Part shown: positions 52,181-64,000 of the stretch, one piece after another
Position numbering within the stretch: the stretch's first letter is position 1
Layout of the letters: the number at the start of each line of letters is the position of its first letter
Made by a program: the position numbers and the translations under genes
Assembly (NCBI RefSeq): GCF_006345805.1
Contig: NC_042997.1
Span: 200,260,001 to 200,324,000, forward strand
DNA from: Octopus sinensis
Lineage: Eukaryota
Direction: 5' to 3'
Length of the DNA: 64,000 nucleotides
Notes under the pieces: model-generated
The model's input: only the letters and a program-made list of their open reading frames with translations
Told to the model about the DNA's origin: nothing
The model's database searches: none

Positions 52181-53539
52181 TGGCTTCTTACAATACTTGT
52201 TTAACCCGGGGATATCGAAAGAGACACTTACCCAAGATTCCATGAAGTGAGACTGAACACGGAACCATGCAGTTGGAAAGCAAACTTCTTACCACACAGC
52301 CACCTCGGTGCCTAGACAAATGCAGACAAATAATGTAGATGATGTAAACTGCAGTTGGTCTCCTCTTTAAAGCCAACTGATAAAAGTAACAGACATGCTG
52401 GAATGTTATTAGGCTTTTAGTGAAGCTTATCCAACGTTGTTGATGAGACCAAAAGGTCAATACTCAGATAGAAACGGAGAGAATGCAGTGAAGTCAGAGA
52501 TTATGAACATCAAGGAACATACTTTAGGGGATGTCTCCTGCTACTCAATCTTACTTCATTACTAATAAATATTTTATTAGGAATGGATTGCAGAAAAAGT
52601 AAATTTGATCCTCATTAATCCTGACAATGTTTGAGCTCAGAAATTTGAAACACAAAATTAGATTTAAAAAACCCCCCAAATTAATAGGAACAGAAGGAGC
52701 ATTAATACCAAAAGATAATATTTATTCCCGCTGAAAAGTGGATGCTGCATTAAAAAAGAAAGTAAAGACCCCGTTGGGATTGCTCCTACACCTAGGGAGT
52801 TCCTCTCTGAGGCACAAGTTTGGGCAAGGAAGACCAGTAGTCGGCCCTCTCCATGCCACCAATGTTATCCAAGGGAAAAGCAAAAGGCCGATACAGCTTG
52901 GCACCAGAGACATCACAACTCATTTCTACTGCTGAGTGAACTGGAGCAACATGAAATAAAGTGTCTTGCTCAAGAACACAACACGCAGCCCGGCCTGCTA
53001 ATCGAACTCACTACCTCATGATTGTGAGCCCAATGCTCAAATCATTAAGCCATGAACCTTCAGACGTTCTGTTAGAACATAGAATACTGTATCATTTACC
53101 ACGAGAGGACCTCTCATATAGACTTGTGGTGCATAGAACTAGTCGTATTGATATTGCTGGCAGGAGATAACTGTCCACCTTGACGAGAACAAGGAAGGTC
53201 AAAATCACACGATCTGGCAGTTCTGGTAAAGGTGGCAGACGATTATCTCCCACTTACAATATATGCCTCACAAGTCTATTTGAAATGTTCCCTCTTGCTA
53301 AATAATGCTGTATTTTGTGTTCTAACACAACATCCATTTCTTAGTGGGAATAAACAAAATTAGATAATTTAGATTATCTTAATCTAGCTTTCTATCTCTT
53401 ACACTTTATCGGCAATTATTATTAACTAGTCAATAGGTTGTAATCTGAGGGGGATTTTGCTGCTATGTTTAGTAGGCTGAGTGACCCTAACAGGGCGCCT
53501 TTCATTAGTTTGCTGTGGTTGTGTTCCAGTAGTCCTACT

Positions 53540-53900
53540 GTGTGTATGATTGTATGTGTGTGTGTGTGAGGTGTGTAAGTGATTGTGTTTTTGTACGGGT
53601 GTGTTGTGTGAGGTGTGTATTATGCGCATGCGCATGTGCGTGTTGTGCTATGTGTTTGTCAGTGCATATTATATTGTTTGTCTATTGTGTTGCATGTGTA
53701 CATATAGTGTGTTGTATGTGCATGTGTTGTGTTGCATCGGTGTGCACTGTGTTGCACATGCAAGTTGAGTTGTGCACAATGTGTGGCACATCTGTACATG
53801 CACTCTGTTGTATGCACATGCCCATGTGCATTGTTGCACAAGTATGTGCATCGTATGGATGTATCATAGAGTGTTTGATGTATCTCTGTACGCTTACTTC
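53540..53900. repeat. Degenerate TG-rich low-complexity tract
   Basis: Direct reading. Confidence 0.8.
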
Positions 53901-54703
53901 CGTTGTCCCACTGACGTGGAGGCGCAATGGCCCAGTGGTTAGGGCAGTGGACATTCGGTCATAGGATCGCGGTTTCAATTCCCAGACCGGGTATTGTGAG
54001 TGTTTATTTGGCGAAAACGCCTAAAGCACTATGTAACTTTGGCAGGGGGTGGTTGCAAACCCTGCTGTTTTCCTTCACCACGACTTTCTCTCACTCTTTC
54101 TTCCTGTTTCTGTTGTGCCTGTATTTCAAAGGGGCCAGCCTTGTCACACTTTGTGTCGTGTTGAATCTCCCCAAGAACTACGTTAAGGGTACGCGTGTCT
54201 ATGGAGCATTCAGCCACTTGCACGTTAATTTCACAAGCAGGGTATTCCGTTGAATGGATCAACTGGAACACTCGTCGTTATAACCGACAGAGTGCTGTAA
54301 CGCACTGATAACTGGAACAATAAGAACAACAACAGCAACGACATTTTGGAATGGTAGAGTTATTCCATTGCTCAGTTTGCCACCCTTGGGTGCTGGGCAA
54401 ACCAGAGATGATGTGTTGTGAAGTTCATTCTTTTTCCAAGTACATTTTTGAGTTGACAGTACGTAAAACTTGTTTAACTGTAAATTAAAACTTGGCTGTG
54501 AATTTTTTTTTGACATAGGCGTAGGAGTGGCTGTTTGGTAAGTAGTTTGCTTACCAACCACATGGTTCCGGGTACAGTCCCACTCTGTGGCACTTTGGGC
54601 AAGTGTCTTCTGCTATAGCCTCGGGTCGACCAAACCTTGTGAGTGGATTTGGTAGACAGAAACTGAAAGAAGCCCGTCGTATATATATATGTATATATAT
54701 ATG

Positions 54704-54776
<73 letters not shown>

Positions 54777-55609
54777 TTGTGTGTGTGTGTCACCAACATC
54801 GCTTGACAACCGATGGTGTGTTTACGTCCCCGTAAATTAGTGGTTTGGCAAAAGAGACCGATAGAATAAGTACTAGGCTTACAAAGAATAAGTCGTGGGG
54901 TCGATTTGCTCGACTAAAGGCGGTGCTCCAGCTTGGCCGCAGTCAAAAGGACTGAAACAAGTTATGAAAAATGATAAAAAGATCTCCCCACAACAGCAGC
55001 AGGAACAGCAGGAACAGCAGCAGCAACGGCAGCAGCAGCAGCAGAAGCATCAGTATTTGTAGCTGCAAGGTTAATGTCGATAGCTGAAATAATTGTCCTA
55101 CCAATATTTGTAAACTTGTCAAATCTCTAACACAGAAACTCCCAATTCACAGAGAAAGTTAAATTTACATCATAACCACTACGATACAATCAGAATAGAA
55201 ATTAGAATAGAAACAATAAGAAATTAAAGAACGACTGGAGAAGGTTTGAGGGCGGGGGTGGGGAGGAAAGGAAGGCGAAATGGTTGGGGGTTTCTTTGGT
55301 ACAAACTCTTGAGATATTACTCAAGTCAGTCTTATAGTCACACATGATGGCATCTTCTGAGTGATGGGATGAACTATTGTGTTTGAAGTGAAATAATGAT
55401 AAATTGTCTTATTGCTTTACTGAACAATAGAGCTATCAAGAAGAAAAGGTCAATTTGTATGGTATCCATTAAGACTTGCTTCTGCGTCCTTTCTACTCTT
55501 GGTGATTTCATCGAAAGTTTTGATACGGTTCAGTGAATAGTATAGACATAAAACTTATTGCTTGACTGTTCAACAGCCTCCCCCCCCTTCCTTTGTTTTT
55601 GCCTTTCCT

Positions 55610-55920
55610 TCTTGCTTTCGTCGCCACGACCACTACTACGAAAACAAACACCGACACCACCACCACCAGCATCACCACCACCACCACCACCGCCACCATC
55701 ATCATCATCATCATCATCACCATCATCATCATCATCGCCGTCATCATCATCATAATCTTCCGCATTGTTGTCAGCGTCATCGTCGCCATTGTCGTCATCA
55801 CAGCTACTATTAGCAGCACCATCCTCATCCTCATCCTCATCCTCACCACCACCATCATCCTCATCAACATCACCATCGTCGTCATCATCATCATCAACAT
55901 CAACATCAACATCATCATCG

Positions 55921-55951
<31 letters not shown>

Positions 55952-56374
55952 ATTCATCCACCTCCTCCTCCTCCTCATCATCATCATCACAGTCATCACA
56001 TCAATATAAATACCACCACCACCACCACCACCACTACCATCACCACTACCACCAATCACCATCACCATCATTATTACCACCACCACAGCTGCCACCGCTA
56101 TCACCGCCACGACGACGACGACGACGACTACCACCACCACCACGACCACGACCACCGCTGCCTCCTCCACTGCCCACCGCCCCCACGTCTGTCGGCGTCA
56201 TTCTTATTGTCCCAATCGTTCTGAGTAATTGCAGCAAATATGATGAGTTCAAAGGTACAAACGAAAGGTTTCTCAAATATTTAGGGGTTTGGGATTTCAT
56301 GCTTTTCATGATTTTTCCCAATGAGGAAACCCGCGTGAACTCGGATACGAAAATAGATTATGAACTTTCGTGAT

Positions 56375-56411
<37 letters not shown>

Positions 56412-56530
56412 AGCACATCATCTTTGACCACCACCACCACCACCACCACCACCACCCCACCACCACCACCACCACCACCACCACCACCACCATCGTCTTC
56501 AACACATTTCCATTTTTACTAATTTTGAGG

Positions 56531-56573
<43 letters not shown>

Positions 56574-57060
56574 TTACTGTCACCACCACTTCTAGAGCCA
56601 TCACTGCCACCGCCACTGCCAACACCACAACCACCGCCACTACTGCTGGTGGTGGTAGTGTTTCTGCCATTACTGCTGCTACTGCTACTACACAGTGCAT
56701 ATGTCCAAAATCACAACCCCAAATGAACCAATTGACTGCAAGTAAATCACCAACGCAGATAAACACAATTCCTCCTCCTCCTCCTCCTCACTTCTTCCTC
56801 TGTCTCCTCCTCTTCCTCGTAGTTGTCGTCGTCGTCGTCGTCATCATATCATCATTATGGTGGTCGTCGTCATTGTCATCGTTATCATCATTGTCGTCGT
56901 TGTCATCGTCGTTGTCGTCATCATCAACATCGTCATCATCATCATCGTCATCATCATGGTGAACATCATCATCATCATCATCATTATCGTCGTCGTCGTT
57001 GTCATCGTCATCGTCATCGTCATCATCGTCATCATCATCATCATCATCATCATATAACTG
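55610..57060. repeat. Large compound trinucleotide region (CAT/CAC/CGT/CCT/ACT)
   Basis: Direct reading; yields homopolymeric ORFs in all frames. Confidence 0.9.
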
Positions 57061-57298
57061 TCCTTGTCAGTAACATTATACTTCATACAGTCATGGAAAT
57101 GGTGAGTGGGGCCAAAATATGTGATTCTTTGAGACGAGGGATAGGAAGAGAGAAGCAGGATAAAAAGGAGGAAAAAATCATGAGAGAAGAAACAGTAAGA
57201 CAGAGAGAGAGAGAGAGAATAAGACTAAGAAGACAAGGAAGGAGGGAGAGAGAGAAGGAGAGAGGGGAGAGAGAGACGGTGGAGAGAAAGATCTAGAC

Positions 57299-57864
57299 CA
57301 GTGGTTCGCAACCTTTTCACAGTGGTTTCCAACCCTTTTATTTAAATGAGTTTTCCCACAGACCCCTTTTGATAGGCTTATCCTTATGTATATCATCATC
57401 ATCATCATCATCATTCAACGTCCGCCTTCGATGCTGGCATGGGTGGGACAGTTTCACAAGAGCCAGCCAGGCAGAAGCCTGTACCAGACTTCTGTGACTG
57501 TTTTGACAGGATTTTTACAGCTGGATCCCCTTTCTAACACTGACCATTCAGCAGAATGGACTTAGTGCTTTTTACGTGGCACAAGCACAGGTGAGGTCAG
57601 TTTTTGGCAAGGTTTTTACAACTGGATGCCTTTCCGAATACCAACCACTTTACACTGTGGACTGGGGCTTGTAAGCAGCACCTGCACTGACTGGGTCACC
57701 AAATATTTGCAAGACAACCCACCCACCAAATAACCATTGTCACAAAGAATCAAATAAATATATACATATATAATTATATATGAAGTTTTGAATTTAGTTC
57801 ACGGGCCCCAGTACTACCTTTGTGGACCACCAGGGGTCTGCAGACTCCAGTTTGGGAACCAGTG
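57299..57864. mobile_element. hAT Charlie-like MITE with a nested RTE 3' fragment
   Basis: TIRs CAGTGGTTCGCAACC / GTTTGGGAACCAGTG; 8-bp TSD ATCTAGAC/ATCTAGAA (NTCTAGAN target). Confidence 0.85.
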
Positions 57865-59019
57865 ATCTAGAAGCAAGGGAGGAAATTTGTAGGAGTGGTT
57901 TGGGAAAGGAAGATCTTGCAAGGAGACAACGAGAATGAGGGGAAACAAAGAGAGAACTATTTAGTGGTTAGTATGATGTATGTAGCCATGATTGTGGGGT
58001 GGAGAAGGTCACTTCACAACTAACTGGGTCCAGGCTCGAACCCACAGAATAACACAATACGGCTTTGGTCACTAACATTTACATACATGTATACCTTTAT
58101 ACGACAGTATCTGGCCGATGACTGTACTGCCTGACTGGCCTCCGTGCCAGTGGCACGTAAGAAGCACCCTCTACACTCTTGGAGTGGTTGGTGTTAGGAA
58201 GGGCATCCAGCTGTAGAAACCTTGCCAGATAAGATTGGAGCCTTGTGCAGCCTTCTGGCTTGCCAGTCCTCAGTCAAACCGTCCAACTCATACCAGCATG
58301 GAAAGCGGACGTTAAACGACGACAACGATGATGATGATATACATCTTACTTTTATCTTTTAGTTTCCGGTCATAGGATTACGGCCAAGCAGGAGCAGCAC
58401 CTTGAAGAGTTTACTTGAACAAATCAACCCCAGTACTTATTGTTTTGAGTCTAGTAATTAATTGATTGGTCTCTTCTGCCAATCTAAGCTTTTGTGGATG
58501 TAAACAAACCAAGACCAGTTGTCAAACAATAGCGAGAGAAACACAAACACAAAGACACATGCATATATGTGCACGCATGCATTCTCACACGCATATAATG
58601 CACTTCAACAAAGAAGTCACCAATCACATTTGCTCACAAAGCGCTGGCCAGCCTGGGTCTATAGTGGAAGACATTTATCCAAGGCGCCGTGCAGTGGGAT
58701 TGAACCTGAAACCACGTGGTTGGAAAATGAGCTTCTTAACCACACAGCAATGCCTGAACCAATGGCCATAACCGTGCCTACATGTAAGCTAGCCATATCA
58801 ATCTTATCTATATACTCTTCTCCTCTATAATTTAGAGTGTGCTTCTTTTTTTGATTTATGATTTCCTGCTCGATGTGTAGAAAAGACATAGGTAGAAACT
58901 CCATAAGATGTACCTGGTGTAAGCTATGGACACATAAGAGGTGTAGCAATATCAAAGGAAGGTTATCTGGGAAGATAGCTCTTGTGTGTGGCTGATGCAC
59001 AGGTACAATAAACACTGAA

Positions 59020-60675
59020 GCTGTACAGAAAACAGAGTCCATCACATGCCTGGGGGGAAATCTAGAAGTAGTTGATAGCTTCCGTTACCTAGGTGACCAG
59101 GTCAGTAGCGGGGTGTGGATGCGTTGAGAGCGTAGCTGCTAGAGCCTGGGCTAAATTCAAAGCCCTCCCACTTCTGCTGATAACAAAGGGCCTTTCGCTT
59201 AGAGTGAAAGGTAGACTGTATGATGTATGTATGCGAACAACCATGCTACACGGCAGTGAAACATGGGCTGTGACAGCTGAGGACATGCGTAAGCTCACAA
59301 AGAATGAAGCTAGTATGATCCGCTGGATGTGTAACATCAGTGTATACATGACAGAGTGTAAGCGTCCTGAGAGAAAAGTGGGACATAAGAAGCACCAGAT
59401 GTGGTGTGCAAGAGAGACAACTGTGTAGTGATCCGACAACGGCGCGCGCTCGCGCACCGCCCATTTGTATTTCGCGCGTGTTGGTGCCTTTACCAAGGCA
59501 CAGAAAGGAAGGCCCTCTCGCGCATGCGCGAACCACCGGTAGCACGACCCTATTGCCTACGTAGCAGTTAGCGAGGCAAGGGGGTCGTAAGACGTTGACT
59601 ACCAGCGTCCAGTCCTCGGTGACTTGGGACCCAGCGATTGACGGCGACGGTCACGCATATATTCTCTCCGTCAGGATTAGATTCTAGCAGTCCTTTGGCC
59701 GAAGACTTTTAACCAAAATTGTTGCAGACCAACATCGTCTCCATTGTTCGACGCCATCTTGGACCCTTTCTGTTTTCATCGGCTGGACATTGTAAATATT
59801 ACAATCTATGAACTTTCAGCCTTGCGCGCCCAGAATCAAGGACATCAGATAACACACTTATTGTTATTGTCAACAAGAAAGAGAACAAAGTAGTTATATA
59901 TATTTCACGTCTGCGTCTTGTTGTTTCTGACTTGTAGAATTCTGGATTATTAAAGTAACGGCTAGTGAGAGATTGCTTTGTGCACCCCAAAAGTCCACGA
60001 GGATATTCACCTCACACGTTAAGTTCGTTTCAACTGCGTTGGTATGGTCATGTGTTGCATATGGATGAAGACAGCTGTGTGAAGAAGTGTCACACCCTAA
60101 CAGTGGAGGGAACCTGTGGAAGAGGTGGACCCAGGAAGACATCAGGTGAGGTGGTGAAGCACGACCTATGAACGTTGAGCCTCACAGACGCAATGACAAG
60201 AGATCCAGAACTTTGGAGATATGCTGTGCTTGAGAAGATCCGGCAAGCCAAGTGAGATCGTAGCTGGGGATGATGCCAGTGTCACATGATGCCCATCTAA
60301 AAGTACCCTTCAATCATCGGGCAATATGCTGAGCTTGTGAAAACCTGATGAATGAAGTGAAATCGTAGTCGTGGCCGATGCCAGTGCCGCCTGACAGGAA
60401 CCTGTACCGGTAGCATGTAAAAAGTACCACTTGAGCGTGGCTGATGCCAGTGCCGCCTGACTGGTTCCTGTGCTGGTGGCATGTAAAAAGCACCCACGAC
60501 ACTCTAGGAGTGTTTGGCGTTAGGAAAGGCATCTAGCTGTAGGAACTTTGCCAAATCAGATTGGAGCCTGGTGCAGCCTCCCGGCTTGCCAGTCCTCAGT
60601 CAAACCGTCCAACCCATGCCAGTATGGAAAGCGGTCGTTAAACGACGAAGACGAGACGACGACGACGATGATGAT
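59020..60675 (+). mobile_element. RTE-clade LINE 3' portion (RT C-terminus + 3' UTR + (GAT/GAC)n tail), interrupted by a solo LTR
   Basis: LEVVDSFRYLGD...GSETWAVT...MIRWMCN and LRWYGHVLHM...GRGGPRKT...LWRYAVLEK. Confidence 0.9.
59424..60032. mobile_element. Solo LTR (609 bp), probably Gypsy
   Basis: TG...CA termini; 4-bp TSD ACTG (59420-23 / 60033-36) whose removal restores the RTE codons CAA CTG CGT TGG; CpG-rich; ATTAAA at 59949. Confidence 0.85.
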
Positions 60676-60817
60676 GTAGCTTGAAGATCCAATGGAGGTA
60701 GGATCAACAAGAAACTACTCCATCTAGCGAGAGACAAATATCAATTTAAATATGCCTGTTCAAGTATCGTAAATGCATGGAACTATTAGTAGCTATTTCG
60801 GTTGTATATTTAAATTG

Positions 60818-60877
<60 letters not shown>

Positions 60878-60958
60878 CATAATCATAATCATCATCTAAC
60901 GTCCGATTTCCATGCTGGCATTTTTATATACAAATATATACATACACATATCTATATC

Positions 60959-61042
<84 letters not shown>

Positions 61043-61048
61043 CATCGA

Positions 61049-61132
<84 letters not shown>

Positions 61133-61417
61133 CATACATACATACATACATACATACATACATACATACACACATACATATATATATATATATATATTAA
61201 TCAATTTAGGGTAGCAAAAAATTCAGTAAAAATTTATCGCTACCAGCGGCCTAGTGGAAAAGAGAAAATAGTCAAAGACTAAATATGTATAAATATAACA
61301 ATTTAGGAATGGCCTAAACAGGCCATTCGTCCACCAGAAAGAGCAGCCAGAACTCCAACCGCCAAGTAGTGTAATTCGGAAATAAGGTGAAAATTTAAAA
61401 ACATTTACCCTAATTCA

Positions 61418-61518
61418 TCTTTTATACGATGCATCGTTTCAGTGTCTTTAATGATAGACCAGCTTAATTAAATTAAATTAAGCTAGTCTACCATAGGTCA
61501 CACTTCATCAGTAAAAGA
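61418..61518 (-). ncRNA. Type I hammerhead ribozyme, copy A
   Basis: UCUUUUA-CUGAUGA-AGUGU...ACACU-GAAA-CGAUGCAUCG-UA|UAAAAGA: all three helices and an intact core. Confidence 0.88.
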
Positions 61519-62022
61519 AACCTGGGAGAGACGGACATACACGAGGCGACTGTATCAATGCCTCGGGAATGTCTGTCTTAAAATTTTCAAGACCAACGCA
61601 TTCGCGCTAAACTTATCGGCAGCAAATATAAACTGCCGATTTCATCTCAGAATTAGTCAGAAAATTATCAATTAATCAATTTAGGGTAGCAAAAAATTCA
61701 GTAAAAATTTATCGTTACCAGCGGCCTAGTGGAAAAGAGAAAATAGTCAAAGACTAAATATGTATAAATATAACAATTTAGGAATGGCCTAAACAGGCCA
61801 TTCGTCCACCAGAAAGAGCAGCCAGAACTCCAACTTTTACTGAATTTTTTGCTACCCTAAATTGATTAATTGATAATTTTCTGACTAATTCTGAGATGAA
61901 ATCGGCAGTTTATATTTGCTGCCGATAAGTTTAGCGCGAATGCGTTGGTCTTGAAAATTTTAAGACAGACATTCCCGAGGCATTGATACAGTCGCCTCGT
62001 GTATGTCCGTCTCTCCCAGGTT

Positions 62023-62121
62023 TCTTTACTGATGAAGTGTGACCTATGGTAGACTAGCTTAATTTAATTTAATAAGCTGGTCTATCATTAAAGACACTGA
62101 AACGATGCATCGTATAAAAGA
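62023..62121 (+). ncRNA. Type I hammerhead ribozyme, copy B
   Basis: CTGATGA 62029-35, GAAA 62099-102, GUA cleavage after 62114; one T missing in stem I. Confidence 0.85.
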
Positions 62122-62494
62122 TGAATTAGGGTAAATGTTTTTAAATTTTCACCTTATTTCCGAATTACACTACTTGGCGGTTGGAGTTCTGGCTGCTCTT
62201 TCTGGTGGACGAATGGCCTGTTTAGGCCTTCCTAAATTGTTATATTTATACATATTTAGTCTTTGACTATTTTCTCTTTTCCACTAGGCCGCTGGTAGCG
62301 ATAAATTTTTACTGAATTTTTTGCTACCCTAAATTGATTAATTGATAATTTTCTGACTAATTCTGAGATGAAATCGGCAGTTTATATTTGCTGCCGATAA
62401 GTTTAGCGCGAATGCGTTGGTCTTGAAAATTTTAAGACAGACATTCCCGAGGCATTGATACAGTCGCCTCGTGTATGTCCGTCTCTCCCAGGTT

Positions 62495-62594
62495 TCTTTT
62501 ACTGATGAAGTGTGACCTATGGTAGACTAGCTTAATTTAATTTAATTAAGCTGGTCTATCATTAAGACACTGAAACGATGCATCGTATAAAAGA
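62495..62594 (+). ncRNA. Type I hammerhead ribozyme, copy C
   Basis: CTGATGA 62502-08, GAAA 62572-75, GUA cleavage after 62587, 7-bp stem I. Confidence 0.88.
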
Positions 62595-62967
62595 TGAATT
62601 AGGGTAAATGTTTTTAAATTTTCACCTTATTTCCGAATTACACTACTTGGCGGTTGGAGTTCTGGCTGCTCTTTCTGGTGGACGAATGGCCTGTTTAGGC
62701 CATTCCTAAATTGTTATATTTATACATATTTAGTCTTTGACTATTTTCTCTTTTCCACTAGGCCGCTGGTAGCGATAAATTTTTACTGAATTTTTTGCTA
62801 CCCTAAATGATTAATTGATAATTTTCTGACTAATTCTGAGATGAAATCGGCAGTTTATATTTGCTGCCGATAAGTTTAGCGCGAATGCGTTGGTCTTGAA
62901 AATTTTAAGACAGACATTCCCGAGGCATTGATTACAGTCGCCTCGTGTATGTCCGTCTTCCCAGGTT

Positions 62968-63059
62968 TCTTTACTGATGAAGTGTGACTATGGTAGACTA
63001 GCTTAATTTAATTTAATTAAGGTCTATCATAAGACACTGAAACGATGCATCGTATAAGA
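62968..63059 (+). ncRNA. Type I hammerhead ribozyme, copy D (several small deletions outside the core)
   Basis: CTGATGA 62974-80, GAAA 63039-42, GUA cleavage after 63054; stem I shortened. Confidence 0.75.
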
Positions 63060-63190
63060 TGAATTAGGGTAAATGTTTTTAAATTTTCACCTTATTTCCG
63101 AATTACACTACTTGGCGGTTGAGTTCTGGCTGCTCTTTTGGTGGACGAATGGCCTGTTAGGCCATTCCTAAATTGTTATATATATATATA

Positions 63191-63222
<32 letters not shown>

Positions 63223-63229
63223 CTTACTT

Positions 63230-63510
63230 AAAAATGGATATGTGGCGTTCGATCATATGATAATATAAATAATATATAAATATAAGCATATATACATACA
63301 TATATGTACATACCTACATATATATGTATATATACATGCATATATGAATACAGGACATAAAAAAAACGTCAACAAAATGAGAAACGAGATCATAAAAAAA
63401 AACCCATAGAAAACGAACTTTTTTCAAACAATGAAAGAAACAAATAGAGAAACGAGACATGCAACATAAAGAACATTCCCTTCATCAGTTGTCCCCTATT
63501 TTATGTCGTT
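63230..63510 (-). mobile_element. Copy of the unclassified 13990-14290 repeat family
   Basis: Reverse complement matches ~14030-14290. Confidence 0.65.
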
Positions 63511-64000
63511 GTGTATTTGTACCTGGTGTTGGTTTGTGCATGTCCCCATAACTTAGCAGTCTGACAGAAGAAACTGATAAGCCACCAGGCTTTAAAAAGA
63601 TGTACTAGGATTGATTTGTTCAACTAAAATCTCTTGAAGGCAATACCCCAGCATGGCTGCTCTCCAATGACTGAAACCAGTAAAAGATAATATAATATTC
63701 ACATTAAAAGAAGCACTCGTTTGCCCCATATATAGTTCTTAACAATACAGAATGTGATTAAATGTATTATGACAATAACATATCTTTTAAATGTTAATTG
63801 TTGAGACAGTTTCCTTGTATATCATGCAAAGTCGTCAGCAAACTCTGATTCAAGATTCATAAAATATATTGGATGAACACTCTCAAATTATTGTACAAAT
63901 AAATATCGTAATAATTTAAACACTCCAACCAGAAAATCAAACACAACTCTGCCCAAACATATTTCGGTTATGAAATCAAGAAACTTAAATTTACATATAA

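Larger units (their letters stand above)
61196..63181. mobile_element. Retrozyme-like array: ~475-bp hammerhead-containing tandem repeat, head-to-head inverted (about 1.3 + 2.8 units), embedded in (TA)n
   Basis: Period 475 bp (61201 to 61676) and ~473-474 bp in the right arm; orientation switch at 61834/61835. Confidence 0.85.

Noticed and set aside
55344-55423. Box C/D snoRNA-like motifs (ATGATGG...CTGA...CTGA)
   Set aside because: Imperfect C box, no terminal stem and no clear rRNA-complementary guide
62330-62410. Second hammerhead half in the repeat unit (GAAA-TCGGCAG...CTGCCGA-TA)
   Set aside because: Stem III-like hairpin and AUA triplet are present, but there is no upstream CUGANGA (only CTGACTA/CTGAGAT)

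Overview
AT-rich, repeat-dense eukaryotic DNA. The SINE/LINE repertoire and (TA)/(TACA)/(TATC) microsatellite load resemble a coleoid cephalopod (Octopus-like) genome; this is an inference. No intact host CDS is recognisable, and most track ORFs are microsatellite artefacts. Recognisable content: scrambled Ty3/Gypsy gag/RT/RNase H relics, CR1-like and RTE LINE fragments, Helitron PIF1-helicase fragments and non-autonomous Helitrons, a near full-length Tigger/pogo transposon, mariner/hAT/piggyBac MITEs, a solo LTR, several tRNA-derived SINE families, and a candidate bidirectional promoter near 10.3-10.6 kb. The standout is a ~475-bp tandem repeat at 61.2-63.2 kb. Each complete unit carries an intact type I hammerhead ribozyme fold (CUGAUGA / GAAA / GUA, palindromic stem III, unusually extended stem II) inside a chain of hairpins. 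The units form a head-to-head inverted array, i.e. a retrozyme-like, putatively circRNA-producing element. Further degenerate Penelope-type hammerhead motifs occur near 4 kb and in inverted repeats at 4.2-4.45 kb and 41.8-42.2 kb.
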